Part shown: positions 9,476 to 17,287 of the stretch, in pieces | Layout: each line of letters begins with the position of its first letter | Numbering within the stretch: the first letter of the stretch is position 1 | Program-made: the position numbers and the translations under genes | Source: an uncultured Candidatus Saccharibacteria bacterium | Lineage (GTDB): Bacteria > Patescibacteriota > Saccharimonadia > Saccharimonadales > Saccharimonadaceae | Reading direction: 5' to 3' | DNA length: 64,000 nucleotides | Assembly: GCA_963551735.1 (NCBI GenBank) | Contig: CAUVHH010000001.1 | Coordinates: 211,381-275,380 of the forward strand | The notes under the pieces: model-generated | What the model saw: only the letters and a program-made list of their open reading frames with translations | Told to the model about the DNA's origin: nothing | The model's database searches: none

Positions 9476-10837
9476 ATGCCAAGTCATCCATTGGTTAGAC
9501 TACCTCGAAATTACAAAGACATATCCTATGGCAATGAATTTAAAATTGGTAAAAGGCGGTATCATGACGGCAGAAAGCATATAACAGGAAGCCTAAACGA
9601 CAATCTGGAATTAGATTGTTTTATAAGCAGTAATATTTTTGCTCAGAAAGTTATTCCAGAAATTAAGTCAAGCAGCAACAAAACTACGATTAGACTGATT
9701 GACTGCGTGTGTCATGATACTAACATTCTTAAAAGCCTGTTGATGCCAGCAGAAAAAAAGAGACAAATGACCATCACTCCCCTTTATGTGGTAATTTGCA
9801 AAAAAGATAGCCCACAATTTAGAAAGGCGTGGAATATAACAGGACACCTACCAGGACTTGATCAATGGCTTGGGATAGATCTAACAGCTTTTGACTACAG
9901 TACACTTAGTTTTAATAATTGGGAATATGCGCATCGTATAGAACTTAGTTCACATATTGTAATAGAAATTCACAGTAAGCTAATACCTGATTATGAGAGC
10001 ATACCATTATGTGACAAGTTCGCAGTACAAAATGACCCAAGGATGACAATTAAGTTTTTAGATGAGCCTAAAGATTTTACATACGGAATTTTTCTATTTT
10101 CAATATTAGAAAGCTTTTCAAGCTTCCTATTCTCTACCTCTTATCAAAATAATATATTTATCTACGAGCCAAACAATGACAATAGAAATAACATTATCTA
10201 TGCAAAAGTGTCTGGCAAAAAAAGCAATAAACATAAACCTTACTGGGATCCTTTGTTTACAGTTAATGATTTAACAGACAAAAGTATCGTTAAAGATATA
10301 TTGATACAGTGGATATTTAACTATGAAAATATTCAAGAGCCAATTGAAGCCCTTCTAATTTATTTAGACAACAATATTAGTAATGATATGAAATTTATCT
10401 CACTTATTAGCTCACTCGAGTCGTTACACAGACATGTATTTAAAGAAAAGAAATACTCTAAAGGTGAGTGGAATAATATCCGTCAAAATATATTAAGTTA
10501 TATACCAGATAAAGAATATAAAGATATTGTCGAGAAACGCTTAACAGGTCCACCTGAAACTAGCCTCAGAGAAAAACTAAGAGATTTAGTTAAAATAGGA
10601 AACGACTATAGTCTTTCGACATTTAATAAATCTGCGATAAATAATCTGGTCAATACCAGAAACTATTATGCGCACAGGGATGGGAGCCGTAATGAAAAAG
10701 CTCTGTCAGGGTGGGAACTTACGCTATCCAACAAAGAAATGGCGAAACTAATAAAATTACTAATCCTAAAAATAATAGAAATTCCTGATTCTGATTTAAA
10801 AAATATCGTCAGCAAGTCATATCAGTTTAGATATTAA
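9476..10837 (+). CDS. AT-rich orphan protein with C-terminal HEPN-type Rx4H motif; resembles ApeA-like HEPN proteins
   Basis: 453-aa ORF. The RNYYAH motif (R-x4-H) lies in an alpha-helical C-terminal third (SLESLHRHVF...NTRNYYAHRDG). The N-terminal region (FKIGKRRYHDG...ITGSLNDNLELDCF) resembles the ApeA N-terminal domain from memory. Spot G+C counts on individual 60-nt lines are 22-28% here against about 60% at 11701. Confidence 0.65.
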   Translation: MPSHPLVRLPRNYKDISYGNEFKIGKRRYHDGRKHITGSLNDNLELDCFISSNIFAQKVIPEIKSSSNKTTIRLIDCVCHDTNILKSLLMPAEKKRQMTITPLYVVICKKDSPQFRKAWNITGHLPGLDQWLGIDLTAFDYSTLSFNNWEYAHRIELSSHIVIEIHSKLIPDYESIPLCDKFAVQNDPRMTIKFLDEPKDFTYGIFLFSILESFSSFLFSTSYQNNIFIYEPNNDNRNNIIYAKVSGKKSNKHKPYWDPLFTVNDLTDKSIVKDILIQWIFNYENIQEPIEALLIYLDNNISNDMKFISLISSLESLHRHVFKEKKYSKGEWNNIRQNILSYIPDKEYKDIVEKRLTGPPETSLREKLRDLVKIGNDYSLSTFNKSAINNLVNTRNYYAHRDGSRNEKALSGWELTLSNKEMAKLIKLLILKIIEIPDSDLKNIVSKSYQFRY

Positions 10838-10960
10838 GACAGGAGAAGTGTTCGCTGTTTTATTAATCTGATTAGTGTAGATGAAAAGAATCTAGCTTCT
10901 ATCTCAACCTCAAGAAAGTCACATAATAATCATTTTTTAAAATAGCTCAGAAAAATCAAA

Positions 10961-10989
10961 TTGCATTCTCCCGCGCTTTCAGGCATAAT
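10961..10989 (+). promoter_or_regulatory. Promoter-like element TTGCAT - 17 nt - CATAAT; the -10 hexamer ends 10 nt before the ATG at 11000
   Basis: Hexamers and spacer are read directly. A second overlapping CATAAT lies at 10990-10995. No Shine-Dalgarno sequence is visible before the ATG. Confidence 0.4.
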
Positions 10990-10999
10990 CATAATCAGT

Positions 11000-11653
11000 A
11001 TGTACTATATCAATAGGATTGAGCTGGGGCGTACTTTGGCGGGGCGCGTGAGCTATTTGAAGGGCCAGGAAGCGGTCGTTATCGCGCTGAAAGAAGATGC
11101 GCTGACAGCTTGCATTGGTTTGGCGAGCGAGATTAATGCTTGGGTGTTTCCTTTGCTTAGCAAGCGGATCATTATCCCTGGCGATCCGCGGGTGGTCGGG
11201 CTGATTGACCCGGCAGGCATGTTTACGTGGAACCCTGATCTGGAAAAACCGCAGCGCGACGGCATTGAACTAGAATCCCGCTCGGTACTGGAAGACATCA
11301 AGCGCCAGGCATTTTCTGAGCTGAATCGCATTCTCGATCAATACGGGACATTTTCTAAGGAAGGACTCAATGGAAGAGTGTTGCTGCTAACTGGCGACAT
11401 CGTCGAGGATCGGATAGAGATTGCGATGGCTTTGGAATACTTGAAGAGCGTGCGCTACAGGGCCTTATACGGGCTGGGCGGTAATGTCGATAGTACGGCG
11501 GCAGATTATTTTCACCTGCAAACCGACAAAGACGTCGCCCTGGACGTCATGACTCATATGTTTCCGGCAGAGCATTATTTTGAGCAAAAGGATAGCTACA
11601 CTCCGGAAGAGTGCCGCTTGTTAGTAACGAATATTTCGCAATATTGGACATAG
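11000..11653 (+). CDS. Phosphoribosyltransferase-fold protein, apparently degenerate (PRT-like)
   Basis: The start is at MYYINRIELG. The overall layout is like COG1926-type predicted PRTases (RTLAGRV...VVIAL...; RVLLLTGDIVEDRIEIAMALEYLK). The canonical acidic VDD-x-x-TG PRPP loop is replaced by LTGDIVEDR. Confidence 0.5.
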   Translation: MYYINRIELGRTLAGRVSYLKGQEAVVIALKEDALTACIGLASEINAWVFPLLSKRIIIPGDPRVVGLIDPAGMFTWNPDLEKPQRDGIELESRSVLEDIKRQAFSELNRILDQYGTFSKEGLNGRVLLLTGDIVEDRIEIAMALEYLKSVRYRALYGLGGNVDSTAADYFHLQTDKDVALDVMTHMFPAEHYFEQKDSYTPEECRLLVTNISQYWT

Positions 11654-11668
11654 AAAGGAATAATTATT

Positions 11669-12868
11669 ATGAATCCAAATCCGTTTATATCAGCAGACCA
11701 AGAACCAGCGCCAGCTCAGTCGGATTCGCCGGCAGACAATAGTGCGTCCGCAGCTATGCCAGAAGCGCAATCTCAACCGGTAACCGAGCCGGTAGCAGAA
11801 TCTCAGCCTGTAACCACACTAGCAGCACAATCCCAGTCTGCCGCACAGCCAGCAGCGCAATTTCAACCTGCGTCTGCGCCGATTAGCGACGACGAGCTAG
11901 CCACAGCTAACCAAAGTATCCAGACTGTTTTCGACGCCTTCTCGTCGCGGGTGGTCGGACAAGAGAACTTACGGACGGCGTTGATGGTGAGCTTGATGAC
12001 TGGCGGGCATATTCTACTGGAAAGCGTGCCAGGTCTTGCCAAAACGACAGCCGTGCAGACGCTAGCCGCCAGCGTCCACGGCTCGTTCAAGCGTATTCAA
12101 TGCACGCCAGACCTACTACCAAGCGACATCATCGGTACGCAGATTTACGATCATAACAAGGGCGAATTTCGCACCGAGCTAGGCCCAGTTCACGCCAATT
12201 TCGTACTACTGGACGAAATTAACCGCTCCAGCGCCAAAACTCAAAGCGCCATGCTGGAAGCGATGCAGGAAAAGCAAACCAGCATCGGCGGACAACGCTA
12301 CGATTTGCCGAAGCCTTTCATCGTGCTGGCCACTCAGAACCCGATTGAACAGGAAGGAACTTACGAGCTGCCAGAGGCGCAGCTAGACCGCTTTTTGTTG
12401 AAAGAAGTTTTGTCCTACCCTGCTCCGGACGAGGAATTAGAGATTTTGAAACGCATAGAATCGGGCAAGTTAAGCGAGGCACCGAATAATAGCAACACGC
12501 CGAATATCGAACTGGCAGCAGTCGAGACGCTGCAAAACTTGGCGCAAAAAATATACATTGACGACGCTATTAAGAATTATATTGTGAAAATTGTCTCGGC
12601 AACGCGCAATCCAGCCTCAATCATACCAAGCGAAACGGCGCGCTACGTCCAATACGGCGCCAGCCCGCGCGCCAGCATTGCTTTCCAACAAGTCGCCAAA
12701 GCCCTAGCCCTCATCAACGGCCGCAACTATGTTATTCCAGAGGATGTCAAACAATTGCGCCACAGCGTATTGCGCCACCGCATTATCCTCAACTTTGAAG
12801 CCATCGCTGACCAAGTTCATCCAGAAGTTATCATTGATTCGATATTTAACGCTGTTCCTGTGCCGTAA
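11669..12868 (+). CDS. MoxR-family AAA+ ATPase with ~75-aa S/Q/P/A-rich N-terminal extension
   Basis: Walker A LLESVPGLAKTT, Walker B FVLLDEINR, and ATQNPIEQEGTYELPEAQLDRF are classic MoxR/AAA_3 motifs. AAAGGAA lies before the ATG. Confidence 0.9.
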   Translation: MNPNPFISADQEPAPAQSDSPADNSASAAMPEAQSQPVTEPVAESQPVTTLAAQSQSAAQPAAQFQPASAPISDDELATANQSIQTVFDAFSSRVVGQENLRTALMVSLMTGGHILLESVPGLAKTTAVQTLAASVHGSFKRIQCTPDLLPSDIIGTQIYDHNKGEFRTELGPVHANFVLLDEINRSSAKTQSAMLEAMQEKQTSIGGQRYDLPKPFIVLATQNPIEQEGTYELPEAQLDRFLLKEVLSYPAPDEELEILKRIESGKLSEAPNNSNTPNIELAAVETLQNLAQKIYIDDAIKNYIVKIVSATRNPASIIPSETARYVQYGASPRASIAFQQVAKALALINGRNYVIPEDVKQLRHSVLRHRIILNFEAIADQVHPEVIIDSIFNAVPVP

Positions 12869-12869
12869 T

Positions 12870-13751
12870 ATGCCAAGTCTCTTCGCCAAAGTCAAAGCTA
12901 AGATGGATCTCTACGCCCATGAAAAGGTGCGGAGTTTGCTGGATGGTCAATACGGCTCGGTATTTAAGGGGCGCAGCCTTGATTTTGATGACTTGCGCGA
13001 ATACATTCCTGGCGACGATGTAAAAGATATCGACTGGAAAGCGACTGCCCGCAGCAGCGGTATTCGAATCCGGCGCTACCAAGCAATCCGCAAGCATAAT
13101 ATTTTACTAGTAGTCGATACTGGTCGCCACATGGCAGCGACCAGTAAAAGCGGCAGCAGTAAGCGCGACATCAGTATCATGACCGCCGGAGTCTTGGGTT
13201 ATATCGTATTACGGCACGGCGATTTGATCGGACTGGTATCTGGCGACGCCAAGAATAACACCTATATTCCTTTCAAAAGCGACGACCGGCATATTGAGCA
13301 GTTACTGCGGCATATCGAGAAAAGTACTCAGCTGGCAGCCGAATCAAGCAATATTGTCAATCAGCTTGAGTACATCGCGCGCAATTTGCGGCGAAAAATG
13401 ATGCTGGTGGTAATTGCTAACGACGACGAACTGACTGGCGAGCATCAGCACATCATCCGGCGGCTGCGCGCCCAGCACGAAATATTATGGATAACAGTCA
13501 ACGACACTTCAGGGCTTGACGGTAGCCGCGATTTTTATGATATCGACGATTTGGCCGAGCTGCCTTATTTTATCCGCAAGCAAACGCGCCTGCAAGACGA
13601 TTTCGACCGCCAGCAGCAATCATACTACCGCGAATATTCCACCGCGCTGGAGCGCTTGGGTGTCGTGAGCGAGCGAATTTCCGGAGAGCAAGACGTTATC
13701 GGCAGCTTCTTCTCGCTGCTAGAAAGGCAAAAACATGCGCGGTGGCACTGA
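12870..13751 (+). CDS. DUF58-family protein (MoxR-operon partner, VWA-like fold)
   Basis: The start is at MPSLFAKV (ATG 12870), giving a TAATATG junction with the MoxR stop. The diagnostic DUF58 stretch is GSVFKGRSLDFDDLREYIPGDDVKDIDWKATAR. Confidence 0.8.
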   Translation: MPSLFAKVKAKMDLYAHEKVRSLLDGQYGSVFKGRSLDFDDLREYIPGDDVKDIDWKATARSSGIRIRRYQAIRKHNILLVVDTGRHMAATSKSGSSKRDISIMTAGVLGYIVLRHGDLIGLVSGDAKNNTYIPFKSDDRHIEQLLRHIEKSTQLAAESSNIVNQLEYIARNLRRKMMLVVIANDDELTGEHQHIIRRLRAQHEILWITVNDTSGLDGSRDFYDIDDLAELPYFIRKQTRLQDDFDRQQQSYYREYSTALERLGVVSERISGEQDVIGSFFSLLERQKHARWH

Positions 13752-14214
13752 GCTTCGCGAATGGGTTGATTACGATCCGCTGTGGCTGGTTATCGGCTGC
13801 TTGCTTTTAAGCGCGATTATTTTATGGTACGGATTTGTGTTTTATTCTACTCGCCGCCGCTCCCACCGCAGCCTGGCTACGCTTAAACCAAAACCATACA
13901 CGCCGCCAGATCTGACTGATTTGAAGCAGAAATACCAACGGCTAATTGATGAAATTGAACAGAAATACACCGCCAAAGAATTATCTTCGCGCAAAGCTCA
14001 CCAGCAATTAAGCCGCGCGCTGCGGATGTTCGTCGTCGAGATAAACGGCCACCGCGTCGATACGCTGACATTACAAGATTTAGAGAAAACCCGTTACAAA
14101 ACGCTGGCGGCGGCGATCGAAAAGTTTTACATTCCCGAATTTACCGCAGTTGAGCAAGGCAGCGTCGCCGAGGCGGCGGCATTAGCCAGAAAGACGGTAG
14201 CGGCATGGAATTAG
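13735..14214 (+). CDS. Single-pass membrane protein, positionally equivalent to DUF4381-type proteins of MoxR/Bat operons
   Basis: 159-aa ORF that overlaps both neighbours, which suggests translational coupling. It has one TM helix (LWLVIGCLLLSAIILWYGFVFY). Confidence 0.55.
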   Translation: MRGGTELREWVDYDPLWLVIGCLLLSAIILWYGFVFYSTRRRSHRSLATLKPKPYTPPDLTDLKQKYQRLIDEIEQKYTAKELSSRKAHQQLSRALRMFVVEINGHRVDTLTLQDLEKTRYKTLAAAIEKFYIPEFTAVEQGSVAEAAALARKTVAAWN

Positions 14215-15215
14215 TTTTTTGGCAATTGTCGTTGGCGTTAATTATAATTATCGCCCTGCTGTGGTTTGCCGCGCCGACTATACTCCGCCGATACAGCCGA
14301 TCGAAACGCCATGACGCGCTTAGACAAAAACTCCCTATCGCTAATACGTCGCGGCTGCGTGCTTTCCCGCTCTACATTCAGCAGGTCAAACGGTACAAAA
14401 GACTATTATCGGTTGTACTGGGACTGCACGCACTCCTGCTGGCTATGATGATTATTCTCACTGGCCGCCCGTCGTCGGTAGCCGTCGTTTCTCCCGAGGT
14501 GAAAAATCGCGACATCGTGTTATGTCTTGACGTGTCACGGTCGATGTATGAATATGACGTAGAGATTATTAAAACTTACCGCACATTGGCGCGAAAATTT
14601 GACGGCGAACGGCTCGGTTTGGTACTGTTTGACCGCTCGCCGGCAGTGATATTTCCTTTGACAGACGACGCCAGCCTAATTGACAGTAAGCTAGCGCTGA
14701 TTGAAAAGGCATTGACACCGCCTGGAACGTTAGAATATTTTGACATTTTATCTGGCACGGCAGTTTCGAACGGGCAAGGCTCGTCACTAATCGGCGACGG
14801 ACTAGCGAGTTGTATCGGCCGCTTCGACAAGTTGGACAGCAAACGCTCCCGAAGTATCATTTTAGGAACCGACAATCAACTAGCTGGCGCGCCGATAATT
14901 TCCCTGCCCGAGGCAGCAGAACTCGCCAAACAAAAAGATATCCGCGTATACGGCATTTACCCGAATAGTAATAAAAATCGCGAGGCCGAAGCGGCAGAAT
15001 TGAAGCGAACCATGCTGGCGACGAGCGGCGATTACTACGCACTGCGCGACAAAAACACAATTCCAAACATTGTCCAAAAAATCGCCGCCCAAGATGCTTC
15101 CCGATTCAAAGGCACGCCGCGCGTTACTCGCACCGATCAGCCGCAATTATTACTATACGGCATGCTTATCATCATAATTTCCCTCATTATTATCGATTGG
15201 AGGCTTCGCATATGA
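14205..15215 (+). CDS. VWA-domain membrane protein (BatA-like)
   Basis: N-terminal TM helices precede a MIDAS-type motif DIVLCLDVSRSM...GSSLIGDGLA...IILGTDN, followed by a C-terminal TM helix. Confidence 0.8.
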   Translation: MELVFWQLSLALIIIIALLWFAAPTILRRYSRSKRHDALRQKLPIANTSRLRAFPLYIQQVKRYKRLLSVVLGLHALLLAMMIILTGRPSSVAVVSPEVKNRDIVLCLDVSRSMYEYDVEIIKTYRTLARKFDGERLGLVLFDRSPAVIFPLTDDASLIDSKLALIEKALTPPGTLEYFDILSGTAVSNGQGSSLIGDGLASCIGRFDKLDSKRSRSIILGTDNQLAGAPIISLPEAAELAKQKDIRVYGIYPNSNKNREAEAAELKRTMLATSGDYYALRDKNTIPNIVQKIAAQDASRFKGTPRVTRTDQPQLLLYGMLIIIISLIIIDWRLRI

Positions 15216-16213
15216 TAATGCAACCGATTTTGCCGTGGTATCTGCTACTGATAATTCTGGTAGTTGCTGCAATTTTTACAGGTTGGAGAATTTTTTCCAA
15301 ACCAACATCTAACTGGCGAGCGTGGCTGCGGCGGTTCTGTATTGTCTTGCTTATCATTACCGCTTGTTTTCGCCCAGCTATTCCTGGCGAGATGAAAGAA
15401 TGGGGTGCGCCGCTAGTCGATGTTTATGTTGTCATAGACACAACGATGAGTTCTGCTGCCGAGGATTATGATAACGGCCAGCCGCGAATTAACGGCATGC
15501 GCCGCGACGCCAAAGAAATTGCCAAAAAGTTGGTTGGCGCGCGATTTAGCTTAATAACTTTCAATAATAAAACCTTTGTTGATTCGCCGTTATCGACAGA
15601 TGTCAGAATGTTTGAATCGGCAGTTGACACAGTAAATATCATAAGCGAAAGCTACGCCATGGGCAGCTCAATTGATACACCGATTGACACCATCGCTTCG
15701 GAAATTACTCGCACCAAGCATAAAAATCCCGAGCGCACCTCGCTGCTATTTTACCTGGGCGACGGCGAACAAACCAGCGATGCCTCGCCAAAATCATTTG
15801 CCAGCTTAAAACCCCTACTGGGCGGCGGCGCGATCATGGGATACGGCACTGCCGACGGCGGAAAAATGAAAACGCCAAGCTACAGCGGCGGCTTTGACGG
15901 TTTTTACTTGCGCGGGCCAGATTTGAAATATGCCGTATCAAAAATCGACGAGACAAATCTTAAAAACATCGCCAGTCAAACAGGCCTGCCGTATACGCAC
16001 CGGCAAACCCCAGATTCCATTGACGCCGTCGTCAAGAATGGTTCCGTCGACAAAGCCGTCAATAGCAGCCGCTCGTTCGACGGCTACAACGATATCTATT
16101 GGATAGCGATATTTGCGGCTGCTGTTTTGCTGGCCTTTGAAATCAGAAATATCTATTTACCTCTATGCAAACTTCAGAATATAATGCCGTCGGAGGGAGA
16201 AAATCGTGAGTAA
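15212..16213 (+). CDS. VWA-domain membrane protein (BatB-like)
   Basis: The start is at ATGATAATG, overlapping the previous stop (ATGA). It has TM helices, then VYVVIDTTMSSAAED...FYLGDGEQT, and a C-terminal TM helix. Confidence 0.75.
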   Translation: MIMQPILPWYLLLIILVVAAIFTGWRIFSKPTSNWRAWLRRFCIVLLIITACFRPAIPGEMKEWGAPLVDVYVVIDTTMSSAAEDYDNGQPRINGMRRDAKEIAKKLVGARFSLITFNNKTFVDSPLSTDVRMFESAVDTVNIISESYAMGSSIDTPIDTIASEITRTKHKNPERTSLLFYLGDGEQTSDASPKSFASLKPLLGGGAIMGYGTADGGKMKTPSYSGGFDGFYLRGPDLKYAVSKIDETNLKNIASQTGLPYTHRQTPDSIDAVVKNGSVDKAVNSSRSFDGYNDIYWIAIFAAAVLLAFEIRNIYLPLCKLQNIMPSEGENRE

Positions 16214-16997
16214 GAATCGTCCATTTGACCTGAAAAAACTAGATTTTGAAAAAATCCGCCGAGAAAAACGCCGGAAACTGCTCCGCTATTCGTTCCCTGC
16301 TTGCGCGGTGATTCTGCTGGTTGCTATTAAATTGACGAGTTTTCCCCTGCTGTCGCTAGCAGCGCACGCCGCCTATAAAGACGGCGACAACAACCAGGCT
16401 TCTTTTCGCTTATCGCCAATTTATACCATGAATTTGTTTGAATCTTATAAAGTATTTTTTAACGACGGGAACGCTTTATTTAAGCAAGCCCGCTACGACT
16501 CGGCAGAAAAACAATTCCGACAAGCCTTGCAAAAAGCGCCAAAAACGCGCGAATGCCCTGTCCGCATCAACTTGGCGCTGTCAATCGAGGCGCAAGCAGA
16601 CGCCCTCGCCAGCGAAAAACACTACGACCGGGCAATCATCCGCTACGACGAAGCAAACGCCGTACTGCACGACGGCGAGGATAGTTGCGGCGTGCAATTT
16701 GCCAGCCAAACAGTCGACGCGAATAATGACGATGGCAAAACTGCGATCGCCATCGAGCAGCGAATCCGCCAAAAACTAGCGCAGATAAAGCAGCTCAGGA
16801 ACGGCGACCAAGGTGTTTTGGTCACCAACCCCGGCGATAAAGAAAAAATCGACGCGGGCAGCACCGACGGCAAACTGAAAGAGCTCGACAAGCGATTCAT
16901 CGACGCCTACAACGAACAGCGCAAATCACAGGAAAGAAGCCAAAATACGCAAGACTACAAAGACGCTACGCCGGATTATACGAAGAGGAATTGGTGA
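16206..16997 (+). CDS. TPR-like repeat membrane protein (BatC-like)
   Basis: GTG start, preceded by GGAGGGAG. It has an N-terminal TM helix. Helical repeats such as GNALFKQARYDSAEKQFRQALQKAP and YDRAIIRYDEANAVL look TPR-like. Confidence 0.55.
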   Translation: MSKNRPFDLKKLDFEKIRREKRRKLLRYSFPACAVILLVAIKLTSFPLLSLAAHAAYKDGDNNQASFRLSPIYTMNLFESYKVFFNDGNALFKQARYDSAEKQFRQALQKAPKTRECPVRINLALSIEAQADALASEKHYDRAIIRYDEANAVLHDGEDSCGVQFASQTVDANNDDGKTAIAIEQRIRQKLAQIKQLRNGDQGVLVTNPGDKEKIDAGSTDGKLKELDKRFIDAYNEQRKSQERSQNTQDYKDATPDYTKRNW

Positions 16998-17005
16998 GAA
17001 GATTG

Positions 17006-17034
17006 TTGAAATGAGCGGGTTTGTTTGCTATACT
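17006..17034 (+). promoter_or_regulatory. Strong promoter TTGAAA - 17 nt - TATACT upstream of tRNA-Gly(GCC)
   Basis: Hexamers are at 17006-17011 and 17029-17034 with an exact 17-nt spacer. An ~88-nt leader precedes the tRNA. Confidence 0.55.
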
Positions 17035-17129
17035 AATTATGTAATCGAAAGATTGAGTGCTGCATCGCGCATCGTAGGCGAGTTCGCAAAATTGCGACGC
17101 CTTGTTGGCGGAATGCGCAGCAAATATAT

Positions 17130-17205
17130 GCGGGTTTAGCTCAGTTGTTAGAGCGCTTCCTTGCCATGGAAGAGGCCAGGAGTTAGAGTCTCCTAACCCG
17201 CACCA
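17130..17205 (+). tRNA. tRNA-Gly (anticodon GCC), CCA encoded; unusual U19/A56
   Basis: Hand fold: GCGGGTT-TA-GCTC-AGTTGTTA-GAGC-G-CTTCC-TTGCCAT-GGAAG-AGGCC-AGGAG-TTAGAGT-CTCCT-AACCCGC-A-CCA. Confidence 0.9.
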
Positions 17206-17216
17206 ATTTGTAATAT

Positions 17217-17238
17217 CGAGCTTTAAGCTCGGTTTTTT
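17217..17238 (+). terminator. Intrinsic terminator after tRNA-Gly(GCC)
   Basis: Hairpin CGAGCT-TTA-AGCTCG is followed by G and T6. Confidence 0.6.
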
Positions 17239-17287
17239 AATATATTAATGTTTTAAATTGGTGAATATAGTTCTATACTAATATTGC

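Noticed and set aside
10941-10950. 9-nt match ATAGCTCAG to positions 7-15 of tRNA-Ala(CGC) at the right edge of the HEPN insertion, considered as a tRNA-derived att remnant
   Set aside because: It is too short to distinguish from chance, and no matching copy exists at the left edge.
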